NCBI GenBank assembly: GCA_965112155.1
Contig: OZ218103.1
Strand: one strand, 5' to 3'
Length of the DNA: 64,000 nucleotides
DNA from: Podarcis liolepis
Lineage: Eukaryota
Both the position numbers and the translations under genes were made by a program. Shown here piece by piece: positions 24,386 through 37,250 of the stretch. The notes beneath the pieces are model-generated. The model did no database searches. It saw only the letters and a list, made by a program, of their open reading frames with translations, and was not told where the DNA came from. Within the stretch, counting starts at the first letter, position 1; every line of letters begins with the position of its first letter.

Positions 24386-24930
24386 TGTCAAAACCCCTCC
24401 CCCAGAAAGAAAGACACAGGACACGATGTTTAAGTTTAATGGGCATGAAATGGCCACAACTTTATTGATTAGAGAATTGAAGGTATTGGCCCTAGGCATT
24501 GGCTCCTATCCGCTACCCGGCAGGATGTCCGGGAAGGGTTAACACTAACCGTGGGAGGCCCCCCGTTGGAGTACGCCAACTAGGATCCCACGGGTGTCAC
24601 CGCTTGGGCGTGCCGGGGGCCCTTACCTAGGTAGGTTTCGGACAAGACAACGCCCCTCGGAGTCCTGTACCGGACTACCCCATTTCCTGGGGGAAGGTGA
24701 TGGCATTCCTTCCCCCCCATCCATTTGCATAACAATTGAACCCCAGCCAATGCCTAACCGCATACCCTAAGCCACGCCTCCCCCCGGCCCGCCGATAGGC
24801 GGGCGGGGTGGCGAGCACGCCCAGGGATTCCCCCAACTCTCGCGGGGGCCAAGGTCAGCCCCCGCGCTTGGGGAGGAGGGGCTAGACCGCAACCCCCTCT
24901 CCTCCCTTATGGTCGGAAATGGCTTTCCCA
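24386..24930 (-). mobile_element. CpG-rich LTR-like fragment (ERV/LTR retrotransposon), antisense
   Basis: Sharp start at tgtca (3' ...TGACA on minus), minus-strand AATAAA ~75 bp inside, abrupt GC/CpG enrichment; right boundary and TSD not clear. Confidence 0.55.
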
Positions 24931-25182
24931 TATTGCAGTTTCCAATGAAAACAAGCAGTGTACTACTGAGCACTTTTTAGTTTGTGACCTAGCATTGCCC
25001 TGAGATGTGCTCCCTAAAGGGAGATATGCAAGGAGAGGATGTCATTTTGAGTGTAATTACTCATTCTGCATATAGTACGTGTGTAGCCTTAGCAATGGGA
25101 GCATGTGTGTATCATTGAAGGTGGTTTTATATTCTGATTTTGTCCTGTGAACTGCCCTGAAACCATCAGGTATAGGGCAGTA

Positions 25183-25417
25183 CAGTGGTACCTCTGGTTA
25201 CGAACTTAATTCGTTCTGGAGGTCCATTCTTAACTTGAAACCGTTCTTAACCTGAGGTACCACTTTAGCTAATGGTGCCTCCCACCTGATGCCGGCGTGC
25301 GATTTCTGTTTTCATCCTGAGGCAAAGTTCTTAACCCAAGGTATTACCTCCGGGTTAACTGAGTCTGTAACCTGAAGTGTTTGCAACCCGAGGTGTTTGT
25401 AACCCGAGGTACCACTG
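25183..25417 (-). mobile_element. Tc1/mariner MITE, copy 3, inserted in a LINE 3' tail
   Basis: cagtggtacctc / gaggtaccactg, TA TSD; flanks rejoin to ...gccctgaaaccatcaggtatagggcagtatataaattcaataaa, a tail also seen intact at ~52255-52300. Confidence 0.9.
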
Positions 25418-25484
25418 TATATAAATTCAATAAATAATAAAATAATAATAATGCCACAACAGAAGTAGTTTCCAATGTGACCAC

Positions 25485-25628
25485 TGTACTCAGCTCAGAA
25501 TTCTCTGCTATGGCTCCTTCAGATTTCAGACTAACGGTCTTTCCCAGCCCTACCTGAAGATGCCAGGGATTGAATTTGGGTCCATCTGAGTGCAAGGCAG
25601 ATCCTGTACAGCTTAGCTTGGGCCCTTT
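25485..25628 (-). mobile_element. tRNA-derived squamate SINE (Squam2-like), degenerate
   Basis: Minus strand ...ttcaatccctggcatcttcaggtagggctgggaaagac...; shared with copies at ~27170, ~36500 and ~37548. Confidence 0.55.
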
Positions 25629-26627
25629 TTACTGGTACTGTGACCTCTGGGAAAGTGTCACAAGAGGTTTATGGCAGCCTGCCTTGCATTCTGTATGGTT
25701 GCAAATTAAACAAAAGTGTTAAACCACCAAGGTATGGAAGTCTTTATGTTTCATGTTGAAGATGGTTTGGGTCCAAAGCGTTCCGAGCCAGAAACGGCCT
25801 TCTTCTGGAGATACATTAGAATGATGATTAAAATATCTCTGTCGGTCCCTACTAACAGATGCATAACCATGTCACACACAAGAGTTCATTAGCAAGAGCG
25901 GTGCTAGGAGGGGTTTGCACGGGACACATGCAATTCATCAGCTGCTTCCAGTTGTGCTGGTAAAAAGGAAGTGGAGTCTGAAGGGAAAATATTTGTATAC
26001 ACTGCAACTAAAGAAAGTGCATCATAATTTCAATCTCTTTCTCAAAAACAATAAACAATAAATGGAACAGTGATACGAGACTCCATAGATCTTGGCCAAG
26101 TTACTCTGCTTCCACAGATCACTTTTCCAACAGTGCCCTGCTTTGTAGGGGTGTGGTGAGAATAAATATTTAGCAGAGTGAGTGGGCAGATGCTTAGATG
26201 CTATGGTAATAGGGCCAAATAAATAATTTTATAGCTGACTTTCCTCTTCTCAATCACCAGGGAGGCCTATAAAATGTGTTTACTGACAAACTCCGAAGCT
26301 GTTTTTTTGTGAAAGGGCTTTGGTTTTACAATCCTGTTTCAGACAGGATCGTTCTTGGTATCTGCAGTTTATCCAGCCCCTGCGGTTGTTGTTTTTGTCT
26401 GCTGTGGCTTCTAATTCAGGTGTACGCAGTTTTCAGCTGAATCACCTGAGTAAAACTTAAGTGGATTCTGAAAACTTTTACAGTTTTTATTCTCTACAAG
26501 GAGGTAGAGAATAAAAATTGTTGCTGTTGTTGTTGCTTTTGTCAGTTACCGTATGTAAACACTGACTAAAATTGGCAAAAGGCTTTCTTTATTTCTATAT
26601 TTTGTTCATTTTTTAAAAAAAACCCAT

Positions 26628-27106
26628 ATTTTTTTTATTAAAGATTTCTTGGTTTACAGAAGTATGTGCAATGTCTATTTTTTCAAGTTACATTTTCTAC
26701 AGATCAGTTTGTTTGTGATTGACTGTGGTGAACTTTGTTTTCATGTCTGAGTGGGGTGGGTGGGTGTTTTTGAATCAGGTTAGGCAGATTGATTTGTATG
26801 CTGTTGGTGGATTCTTGTTGTTGTCTTGTTGGGCTGCGTATGTGATAAAGGGGAGCCATACTGGGGTAGCATTTTCTTCTATTTGTCCTCGTATCAGTTT
26901 CAGTTTATTGGTTAGTTTTTCTAATAAGGGTGTTTCCCATACTATTTGGTACCATTGGTCCATGCTGACTCCTGACAGGTCTCTCCAGTGTCTGGCTATG
27001 ATGTTTCTGGCTGCTGAGAGTAGGTGGATTATGCGTTCTTTATGATGTGAGTGGGCATTATTATCCTGGAAGATGTTTAGTAGGGCCAATTCTGGGGTGA
27101 CTTCTA
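26628..27106 (-). mobile_element. L1-clade LINE 3' end with poly(A)
   Basis: ORF 26775-27089 (LLSAARNIIARHWRD..SMDQWYQIVWE...EKLT...VWLPFITY) is an L1/Tx1-type ORF2 C-terminus; minus-strand AATAAA plus A tract at ~26628-26640. Confidence 0.85.
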
Positions 27107-27169
27107 ATACTTATTTTTTGTATTCCCAGTATACAGATGGGGAACTGTCTTCTGAGATAAAGGTTAACA

Positions 27170-27308
27170 GGTGCATGCCCCAGGTTCAGTTCCTGTGTCC
27201 CCAGAAAAGGCTGAAAAAGAGTCCTTGGCTGAACCTTGCAGAGTTACTGCCGCTTAGACAATACTAAGGTAGATGAGCCAACTTATATGGCAGCTTCATG
27301 TATCCTTC
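27170..27308 (+). mobile_element. Squam2-like SINE, degenerate
   Basis: ccccaggttcagttcctg...agacaatactaaggtagatg...ggcagcttcatgt. Confidence 0.5.
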
Positions 27309-30300
27309 CCTATGAGACTTGTTAATAGGACAAAGCAGAGTAAGATGTGAGATCCATTATCGGACTATTTCCTGTTTTCTTTTCCTTTTTTTGCTTTAGT
27401 TTGTAGTAGTTACAGGATCTTCCAAATGGGATTAGGGCCAGGGAGTGCCGGGGACAGCAGTTAATCCTTTCCTAATTATCTCTATGATAGCTTCATTAAC
27501 TATGAACTCTGAAATTTGGGTTTTGCAGTCATTTTGCAGGGTTTGGAGTGAAAGCCCCAGGTTCTGCAGCACCCCCAAACTGCAGAATTGATACATCAAA
27601 TTGGGGGTTCCAACATTGTTTGTCCAATTCACTCCAAACCACTGCCAAAGTTTTGCAATAGTTTTGCAATATTTTGCAGTGAAAACCCCACATTTAGCAA
27701 ACTGAGAAATTGATACTCAAGGGGGCAGTGGGTGGAGATAGCTATCACTCCAAAACTAGGATAACTCAAAGACTCAGCACACCTATATCCACCCCGTTCT
27801 GTAGACAAGTAACTGTGACTTTATGAGATTTGGCTCTGGAAGAGGTGGGAATTGAACTGAAAGGAACACTTTCCCCAGTCAATGGAAGTGCTGATTCCAC
27901 TGGTACAGGCAGAATTTGAGGGAGTGTTGTTGACACAATTTGTGTAAGTGAAAGACTGTCGCTTTGATGCCTGCCTCCCTTTCTTAGGTAATTGCTTGGC
28001 TTGATTGGTCTTTGACAGCTGATCTGCTGCAGCAATTTTACACTTTGGGTAATCAAGCGCTGGTTACCAGTCAATAGGCAGCGTTTTAGAAAGGCTTGCA
28101 TTTGCATTAATCATGCAACCTGCAATTGAGCAACACTGGGGCTTGTTTGTTTTCCTTCCTCTCAGAGCGCTGTGACTGCAGTAATAAACATAGAATGTTA
28201 CTCATTTAAATTTGACTACTATTGAAGCTGGACTAATAAGTTAAAACTATTTGATTGGTTGATTTACGAGTTATGTCTTGCCAATTTCCGCTCTCACTTC
28301 CCTAAAGGTGGGTGGGGTTTGCGGCACTGAGCTGGGGGGGGCGCTCACCTGGACAGGTGCCTCCCACCTGCTTGGGTTGGCCTTTCACCTGCCCTTGGCC
28401 AGGGAGGACAATGGATAGTTGGCCGGGGGTGGGGCTAAGGCCAAAGAAAAGAGGCTGACCCCTTTAACCAAGCCTCACTTGGTATTCTTCCTTCCAGAAT
28501 GTGTCTCTGTAGAGACCTCATGCTGGCTAACAGCATGGTAAAAAAAATTGATACAAAGCAGCAATATCAGTGTTCAATGATAGGTGAATCAGCAGCATCA
28601 GCATTGAGAACCTGCTCATCAGAACTGCAAATATACTGTACAACACAAACCAGTTCATTGAGTCAACAAATCTTCACATTCCCTGACCTCCCTCCCATCT
28701 TTCTTTTCTCTCCCGCACCTTTGCTATTTCAACTGTTACTTGCTATAAAATAGTACCCAGGTTACCTGAAAAATCGGCCTTAAGGAAAAGTTTCTTTCTT
28801 GGCCACTTGTAAACCCATCCTCTTGCTAAGTTGTTTTAGAGTGGCAAATTTTGCTAATAATTGGGGTCATTGTCAAATTGTATTCACTTAAATTGTGTGT
28901 GGATAATCAGCAACTCTGAAATGCTATTTATATTCTCTTATCAGACTGAAAGTCCTGTTGGGGTGGGTCTTATTTATTTGCTTTGTAGCCATCTTTCTGA
29001 GGAGTGTCTATTCTTTACCTGTTCTTTGCACTGTATTCCTAAGGTATGCGGGATCTACTTTGTTTCTTATTGGAACTCCAAGAATCACCCACCAGAGAGC
29101 CCTGTACAAAAGACATACTTAAAATTAAAGAATTCATTAACTATAAACCCCCAAATTTGTGATCCCCTCCAAACCTACGCCAAAGCCCAGGCTTTGTTTT
29201 GAGTACCAGACAATCCCACCGCTTCCCCGGGCTTTCTTCATTTCAGCAGTCTGTATTGCAGGGAGGGTGTTTGGCACTGTTGCTGCTATTGTTAACATCA
29301 GAAGTTAGAAATTCTTGTCCATCTACTTCAAACCACACAGCATTTACCAGATCTGAATCTACCTTCTGCCCATCCCTAAAATAAGCTAATTGGTGAAGTG
29401 GGCAGGTGCATGGATGGAAGAATGGTCTGATCTGCCTGAAGTCAACTAAATTCCTCCCTCCAAATCTCCTTGCAAGATCTACAGTACTTTTTTGTGAGGC
29501 CTTTGGCTCAGCCCCCAGTTTTGATGCCCTACTGCTGCAACAAAGCCTCTAACCCATATAACTGGGGTGAGGTCACACGTATTACTCCTTCCATCTCTAC
29601 CTTGTTGTTTCCCTTGGGTTGAGTTTTAGACTGTAACCTCCTTGGGGCAAGGCTTGATAGTTGGGGAAGTGATCTCTTCCCCAAATAGAAGGGACACTTG
29701 GTGGAAAGTTGCTGTCTGGATCTGCCTCTCATAATGAAGAGATCGCATTGATGACGTGCATTTAAAAAGGTACACTTGTTCTCACAATTTCATTGTCATG
29801 TGCAAGCCTAATGAAGATTGTGGGCGATTCCAGGCCACTTCTGCTAGATGCCATATTCCAGTTTGAAGCTTTTCTAAGGCTGTATTTATCACGCAACCTT
29901 TTCCGATGAGTCTGTCTAAACTTCCATATAAGGCTTGTTAGGTGAAATGGATTATATAAAAATCTGAACATTATGTGATGTGCCAGTGATGCTTGCTGTT
30001 GTGCCTCCCCCCCCCTCTATATATGTTTAGGTTATAGCAACCTTGTGGTCAACCGCCTTCTTGTTTTGGGAATAAATTTCTGAGCATTTGGGGAGGGAGG
30101 GGGAATGGACATGCCTTTCCCACATAGATTAAAAAACAGCAACAACCCAAGGTCCTTGCTGACAGTAGAAAGCTGCAGTTTGGGGAATTAATCTGCAGCT
30201 GTAGTTTTGGTTGTTGAAAACTCAGGGAAATAGATTTATGGCTCAATGCAATTAATGGAAGACAGCATTCATATAGCTAACACACTGGAAGTTTTTGCTT

Positions 30301-30363
30301 TAAAAGGCATCAGATTTAGCTGTATGAAGTAGAAATCTGTCAATATGGATGATAAAAATTCAT

Positions 30364-30433
30364 GCATCTGATGAAGTAGATTCCTGTCCATAAAAGTTTA
30401 TTCAGTAATAAATGTGTTATTCTTTATGGTGCT
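30364..30433 (+). mobile_element. Penelope-like element terminal fragment with decayed minimal hammerhead motif
   Basis: gcatctgatgaagtaga...tgtccataaaagtttattc..aataaatgtgttattctttatggtgc resembles reptile PLE ends (ctgatgaagtgg...ccacgaaagcttatgc..aataaa..gttagtctttaaggtgc) as recalled. Confidence 0.55.
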
Positions 30434-33400
30434 TTTAGAAGATGATTTTTCCAGGGTAGGAGATGGGCCAATGTTCCCCCGTGAGAGTTAGGCAAAGGCA
30501 TCTTCCTATCTTGAGAGCAAAGAGGAGATATGTCAGCCTGTTAGCCCAAGGCATTCCCAGATGTGGCCTTGAGGCTAGATTATCTCTAGCTGTTGCTAAG
30601 TGTGTTGTTGTTTTTGACTCCTGCCCAGATTGCGCAATGCACATGACAAATGCGTAAACTGAGCCATTTGCCAAGAGCACAAGCCATAGATTTTGCACAC
30701 CAGCTGAAAGCTTCACGCTGATTGAAACCTTCTCAGGGGGTGAGGATGTGTGGCATGACAAACTGCACTTGGTGAATGTGACAAATTCCAGGGCCAGTGG
30801 AGTGCTGTGGTTGAAGGGCTGGGCTTGCGTGGGGGACAGCCATGCTAAAATCCCTGCTCAGCTATGCAGCTGGGTGGCTTTGCAAAAAGCACCTGCCTGT
30901 TTACAAAGTTGTTGTGGGATTGAAAGGCTCTTTTGAAGGAAGAGTGGGTTCTAAGTGGAGTTTGGTCCACTGTGTGTGTGATCTGGAGAACAGCTTTCTC
31001 AACGGGGGGGGTTACATAGCTGGTTTGCACCAGCTCATAGTTGCCTTGCTGTTGTGATGCCTTAACTTGAAATGAAGAGAGGAGGGCTTGTATGCATCAC
31101 CTTTGTTCTAGAGAATTGCAAGGGTCTGGGTTTCTTTTAAAGGTGAAGTAGGCATGGCTAAAATCATGCCCGTCTGCTTTGCCTTTAAGGGCAATCCTGC
31201 AGTCAAGAGGTTAAAGCTTTCTGGCAGCATAGGTGGCTGTTAATGATTGATAACAATGATGCTTTCAGTGGGTTTTGAAGGAAAATGTATTCCACCAGCA
31301 GCTGCCCCATGAGAAGCAGCAACGCTTGACTAGCAGATTTTGGACCGGAATCCAGAGAGGGAGGGAGGTAAGCAGCGATGTGACAACTGTACATGAATAT
31401 ATTATGGTTCACATCATAACCTACAAAAGCATTGGTGTACAATCCTGCTGGTTGTGGATGTGGCTAGCAGCAAAGTTTGTTATTGAGGCAGCTGGGAAAA
31501 CCCATTGCCTGCCAGTCATATTCACGACACTCCCCCTCCACATCCCCATCACACTTTATGTTCATTCACTAAAGTCAGGACTGCTCATGTGAACAAGAAA
31601 TCTGTTTGGAGAATCAGGTCTTAGTGTGAGCACTTGTTCAAACACACAGGCAAGCCTCTGTGGGATCCCTTCTCGACCTTTGATCAATTGCATAACGGGG
31701 CCAGTGCCCACATACTTAACAGCTGTGCTTCATTTTCTCTCTGGCATACTTGTAAGAGAAAAGAAATCCAGATGTTTCAAAAATCATCCAAAAGGCATTG
31801 GGCTGAACTAGAAGTCCAGAGAGAAGCAGAGTGGTGCTTGTGAGCTGCCATGCCTGGATGCCTGGATTCCCCAATGTTTAGGTGATACCACAAAACATGC
31901 TCCCTTCTTTGATGTTGTGTTGAATCAATCATGGGAGGATCTGATTCCCTGCAAACTGCTGAGACAGTAGTTGGCAAAGTCCTAAACACTGGCTTCTCCA
32001 GTGCTCATTTAACAGAGGTAATTTAACATGCAGAGAGGGCCACACTTCAGCTTAGGGATCGAGGAGGGTTCAAATATACAGTACTGCAAGATTTCATAGA
32101 GTTGTGCATCCTGGGTGCACTGGTTTTCAGAGAGGGACTTTAACCACTGAAGAACCCTTTAAACAGCCATCAGACTAGATGAGTGATTCCTTTGGCCCAT
32201 TCTTTCACTGAGCCAGAGTTATTAAAGATATGCATAAACAGGCAGAGATGTTTATAGATATTTGTGTATGATAAAATTAACATGTACGTGGTGGGGGTGG
32301 GAGAAAGAAGTGCCATTTTGGCAGCAGACTGTGCCCCCAATATTACAGTACATACATTTGTAGGGTCAGCTCTAGGTGAGAGTTCTGGTGAACCCAATCC
32401 TGGCAGTGGACCCTGGTGGATTTATCTGGCAGTGGTGGGCAGAAGTGCTCTCTGAGCAGTAGCAGGTAGCTTTAGTGTATCCACAATTTAATTTCCATGC
32501 AGGAACTCCCTCTTCCCTTGCCCTGCTAATCCTTCTCTCCTCTGTCCTCCTGGCAAGCAAAGTTTGACAGCCCATTGCCAGCCCTGCAAAACCCTTTCAG
32601 GCCCAAGGTCTGGAGGTTCCCCACCATGCTAATCCCTCCTGGTATTTTACATGCCTCCGAACAGAAGGAGAGCAGGGGAAAAAGAAGATACAGAAGGCAA
32701 AACCCACTAGGTGCCAGAATACTGAATGCCAAATGAATTCCCAAAATGTGTTGAACATGCCAGATCTTGCACAGGGGAAATTAACAATTAAGATAACAAA
32801 ACCAACACTACAGTCTGATCTGTTCTCCTGTGTGGCTTGGAGTAACTGGGAGGGTTAGTTCAATAACTAAATGGATATGACAACAGCACTTGGCCCACCC
32901 TCACAGCATAGAGAAGCTACTGTCGTTATGAACAGAGAAAGGCCCATCAAAAATGCTGATATGATTTTTTTAAAATTAAATTATTATTTTTGGTGGGGAG
33001 AAGAGTGCATGGCAGAAACCATAATGGCTTTCCTGCTAATGGGTGTGCTTTGTGCCCTCTCCTGGCAAATGCAAGGCCCACAGGACTGTCGAAACCCCCT
33101 AACCCCACTTTTCATTTTAATGGAGAGAAGGGCCCCTCCAGATCCAATATCCTCTTTATTGTGCTTTCATGATGATACGTGCTCATGATGATATCGGGGC
33201 AACCACCTGTGGTCCCACTTTCAATTTAGTTTGCAACTGTAGGGCAACTGTAAGGGCAAAATTTTGCAGATGGTTTGAAAAAGAGGAATGGAATGGGGAA
33301 AGTGAGTGGAGCAATAAATGTAAACCTTAGCTTTGTATAACAGACCAGTGCCTGCACACACTCACTGAGCCACCGGTCTTTATCCTCTATCCAGACAAGC

Positions 33401-36400
33401 AAGAGTCACTATCAGAGTTCAAGGACACATTCCAGCCAGGCAAAAACACTCCAGGAGGGTGTGAAACAAGCCTGGTGAAGGGTTTGGGGAAACAGCATGC
33501 AGCTGGGGAGAATTCAAAGAGCCAGATAGAGAGGCCTGGATGGCCGCATTTGACCCCGGCACCTGAGATTCCCCACTCTTGCTGTCTTGGATGGGATGGA
33601 ATAATCTCTGCTTCAGAAATACAGCACTATTGCCCACACTCAAAGGAGGCTCTGTAACAAACTTCTTTAGAACTGCTGCTCTATGCAGGCCTCCTCAGTA
33701 GGTATCCTAGAAGGCAGCTTCTGGGGTTGAAATGAGCCCAGTGACTTCCTCTGCAGCCATTGGGGTCAGGCCCGCTCTACTCTGCCTTCCCTCCTTCATC
33801 TCCATTGGTCCATCTGTCTGCCTGCTTTCCTGCCTCTCTCCCTCTGCTTGCAGTCTTCCCTTCTGCCTCCTTCCTCCCCTCCTGCCTTTCTCCACCTCCT
33901 GAAACTCTCACTGGCTTTCTCTGTCTTTTTCCCCTCTGAGCCCCAATTCACTCATGCTTCTAACAGTGCCACCTGCTGAGTGGGGAGCCCCCTCCCACCC
34001 CCCATGCATGCTAGTGTCTGGATTTCCCCACTGAGGCACCAAGAATAGCCTGCACGCCTTGCCTGACTGCACAGATCCTGTGGATGGGTGGGCAGGTTCC
34101 TGGCCACCCTGAGCCAGAGTGGAGAAGTGCAATCTCTGTGCCCCACTGGGCCTGTGCCATTAACCAATCCCCTTCCTTTGAGCTGCCTCTGTTGCAGACA
34201 TACCCATGCTAACCTAAGGGAGAGGAGGCAGACTCTTTGGAGAGTGGCTCATTCTCACACACTCTAGTAGCAAGCTCTTTAAGAGCGAAGTGTCCCTCCT
34301 ATTTTAATTCAGAAAAAAAAGTGCTTTGGGTCTTGGAAGTTTGTGAAATGCAATCTGTCAAGTGATGCCCACTCATCCCTATATCCTCTTCCTACCCACA
34401 CTATTGCCCATGGTGCAGGAATGGGAAACTGCATTAAGGAATGCACCCAGCCATTGAGTCCAGGAAAAGACCACCATAGTGTGTGAGTAAACCATGCAAA
34501 AAGTGTGTGAGTGCAGCTGTGATTGATTTAGCCAGAATCTGGCTAGCTCGTGGCTCACATCAAAATTCTGGGTTTTGACTAGACTTTGGTTTTGATGGCA
34601 CCAAAGGCCAGGGTGGCATAAGATTCCTGCTTTTACCTCTGTTCCACAACCCCTCTATGATCTATAAGTGATGCAAGAATTCAGCTGCCCTTTTGGAAGT
34701 TGTCTTGGCTCACTTAGATGTTTAACTTTCTTGGTGATGTTTTTACAGTCTCGCTGCCTTAAACGTAGTTAGTGGCCCCAGGAATGCATGAACTGAAATC
34801 CAGGAAGGCTGAACCACCCCTTGCCTCCCATGAGGGGAAGGACAAAGGCCAGCTTCTCTGCCTTACTCGCGTCTCCTTCTCAGTGTGGCTGCACTGTGGT
34901 GTGAGTTTCCATAGCTGCCCCGGGGCCTGGGGTTTGGAGTTTGTTTGCGTTGGACAATTGGAAACAGAGAGGAGGGATTTTCTGTACTTATGCGGTTTGC
35001 ATTCTGCCCGTGAAAAGAAAAATGACCTGCCTAAATGGGGAACCTTGGAGACCACCTGGAAGGCTGGAGCCTTCCAGAGGAGCCTGGCTGGGTGGCCAAC
35101 CACCTCCAATCTTCTGAAGCCGTCCCACGTTGAAGTTATGGCGCAATAAGCTGGTGTAGTGATAGTGAAAGGCAACATGTCTTCTTCAACATGCCATTAA
35201 TGGAATAATAGTCCATTTGTGGTGCATTTATACTGGACCTTCCATGCCTCCCCAGTATTACCACATTATTGCCACCTGTAGAGGCACTCTTGTGCAACAA
35301 AAGCAGAACCAAAACACACACAAACATTTGTGGTCAGAAAAGTTGCAGGAATGCAGCAGGAAGCAACAGGACACACACTGACTGGAAATGAAGCAGTGTG
35401 TCTGCCTCGAAACATTTGCAGGTGCAAGCAGTATGGAGAGCGAGATCACGTATAAGTGCTCTGATGCCATCATAAGAACAAATCATCATGAATGCACAAT
35501 AAAAAGGATGACTGGAGGCACCCTACTAATTCACTACAACAGATGAGCAACAAGTGTTCAAGCTCTGTGTAATGAACAATTGTTTGGACGCAGATCTATA
35601 GTGGCTTGTTTGATGAAAGCAGTAGTAGTACAACAGTAATGTCTAGAATCTGGCAGCAGAAGTTGAATACAGGTTTGTGGTTGAGATTTCTCACTTACTC
35701 TAAGTAATAACCAGTAATAACCAAGGTTTGTTCCTGGCTGAAGCTACTGATTAGTGAGGAGTGAGATTAACCCTGAACCTGGGCTTGGAAAACTTGCTAA
35801 GGCTGCATTCAGATGAGGGGTTTATTGTGTGAGTCTTTCTGGTTATCAAGCTTGGTGCTTCAGTCACAATATTCCTTTTGCACTGCAGTACCAGTTGCAT
35901 TATGGAACTGTGGCTTTCGATGGATAAACTGCCACATCACACTACATTTTAAATGGCAGGAAAGAATTTGTAGGCTGCAATACCACCTCCATTGTCAACA
36001 CAAAACTCATGATTTTCTGAGCTAACAGGGTTGCAATTTGACTCCCCCCCAAAAAAAAATTAACACAGAAAGAAGCCCTGAGCGTCTGCTAGATTTCCAC
36101 AAGTTGCTTATAAATGGTGTGAAGGCTCACATAAAACACACAAATCAACAGGTAAGGAAACAATGGGAAGACAGAATAAAGTGCGGTTGGAATGCAAACT
36201 AAGCCAAACCTAGACTTAGTTCAGTAAAACACGCTGGAGTAAAAAATGACTGGGAAGGAGCAAACTGGCTGCAAGCTCCTCTCTGGGAACCTGCATATTT
36301 GTGCATTCCTGGTAAGCCACAGTTCATCTCACTGTGTTGTGCAAAGCTGGCTGTTTTGTTAAGCCAGTGCTGCCAACATGATAAAAACCAAAAGTGCACA

Positions 36401-36499
36401 GGGTTGCTTCCCTGTACCTTGGAAACTTGTAGGAAGACATTTGCTTTGTTTAATGATGTTTGTTTTTCAGGAATGTGTTGTTTGCAAAACCTTCTGGTA

Positions 36500-36676
36500 G
36501 AAGGGGAACACCCTAGTTCATGCAGAAGGTCCCAAATTCAATTCCCAGCATCTCCTGGTAAGGCTAAAAGCATCTCCTGCCTGAAATTCTGGAATGCTGC
36601 TGCCATTCAACATAGTGTTGAACTAAATGGACCCATTGGCTGGACCCAGTGGCCTGATCCCAGTATAAGGCAGCCA
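36500..36676 (+). mobile_element. Squam2-like SINE
   Basis: catgcagaaggtcccaaattcaattcccagcatctcc...cagtataaggcagc. Confidence 0.6.
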
Positions 36677-36731
36677 CAACTTGTGATGGAGGCGGGGTCA
36701 TCTTCTCCCCACCTCATTCCTACCCTTAGAT

Positions 36732-36852
36732 TCATAGAATCATATTGTAGAGTTGGAAGTCCAAGCCCTACAGTACAGGAATATTTTGCCCAGCATGGGG
36801 CTTGAAACCATGACCTTGAGATTCAGAGTCTCATGCTCTACCAACTGAGCTA
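36732..36852 (-). mobile_element. SINE with tRNA-Lys(CUU)-derived head and CR1 3' tail
   Basis: Minus strand TAGCTCAGTTGGTAGAGCATGAGACTCTGAATCTCAAGGTCATGGTTTCAAGCCCCATGCTGGGC closely follows vertebrate tRNA-Lys-CTT, then ttcctg...ttccaactctacaatatgattctatga. Confidence 0.8.
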
Positions 36853-37250
36853 ACTCTTGGTCCCATCAAGCACAGTTGCTACCACTGCCAGCAGGAGGGT
36901 GCTGCTACTGCTTCAACCACCACCTCATGGACCGCTGGTGTTGGGCATCTTCTTGTGTTCCTATGTTTCACAAGTGGGCATGCTCTTCCTGATATCAAGA
37001 GAAGATGATGGGGGACATTATGGATGGTGGTTGCTGTTGTTGTTTTATTAGTAGCCTTAGCCTACCTGATCCTAAAAAGTTCCAGGGGGGAGTATCAATT
37101 CATAAAGCATCACCACCACACAAACCAGTCAGTTAAAGCAACAGAAACAGCTGAAACAATTAATATTACACATACACCAAAGTGAAGAAGCGGAAAGACT
37201 AGGATGGGGTATTTTTTAAAAAAGGCAGAGGGTAGATGGGAATTAGTTTT

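Noticed and set aside
28272-28495. GC-rich LTR/DIRS-like fragment
   Set aside because: Looks repeat-derived, but I found no termini, TSD or second copy to support a call.
36788-36852. tRNA-Lys gene
   Set aside because: 5' acceptor strand missing, anticodon and T arm mutated, fused to a CR1 tail; it is a SINE head.
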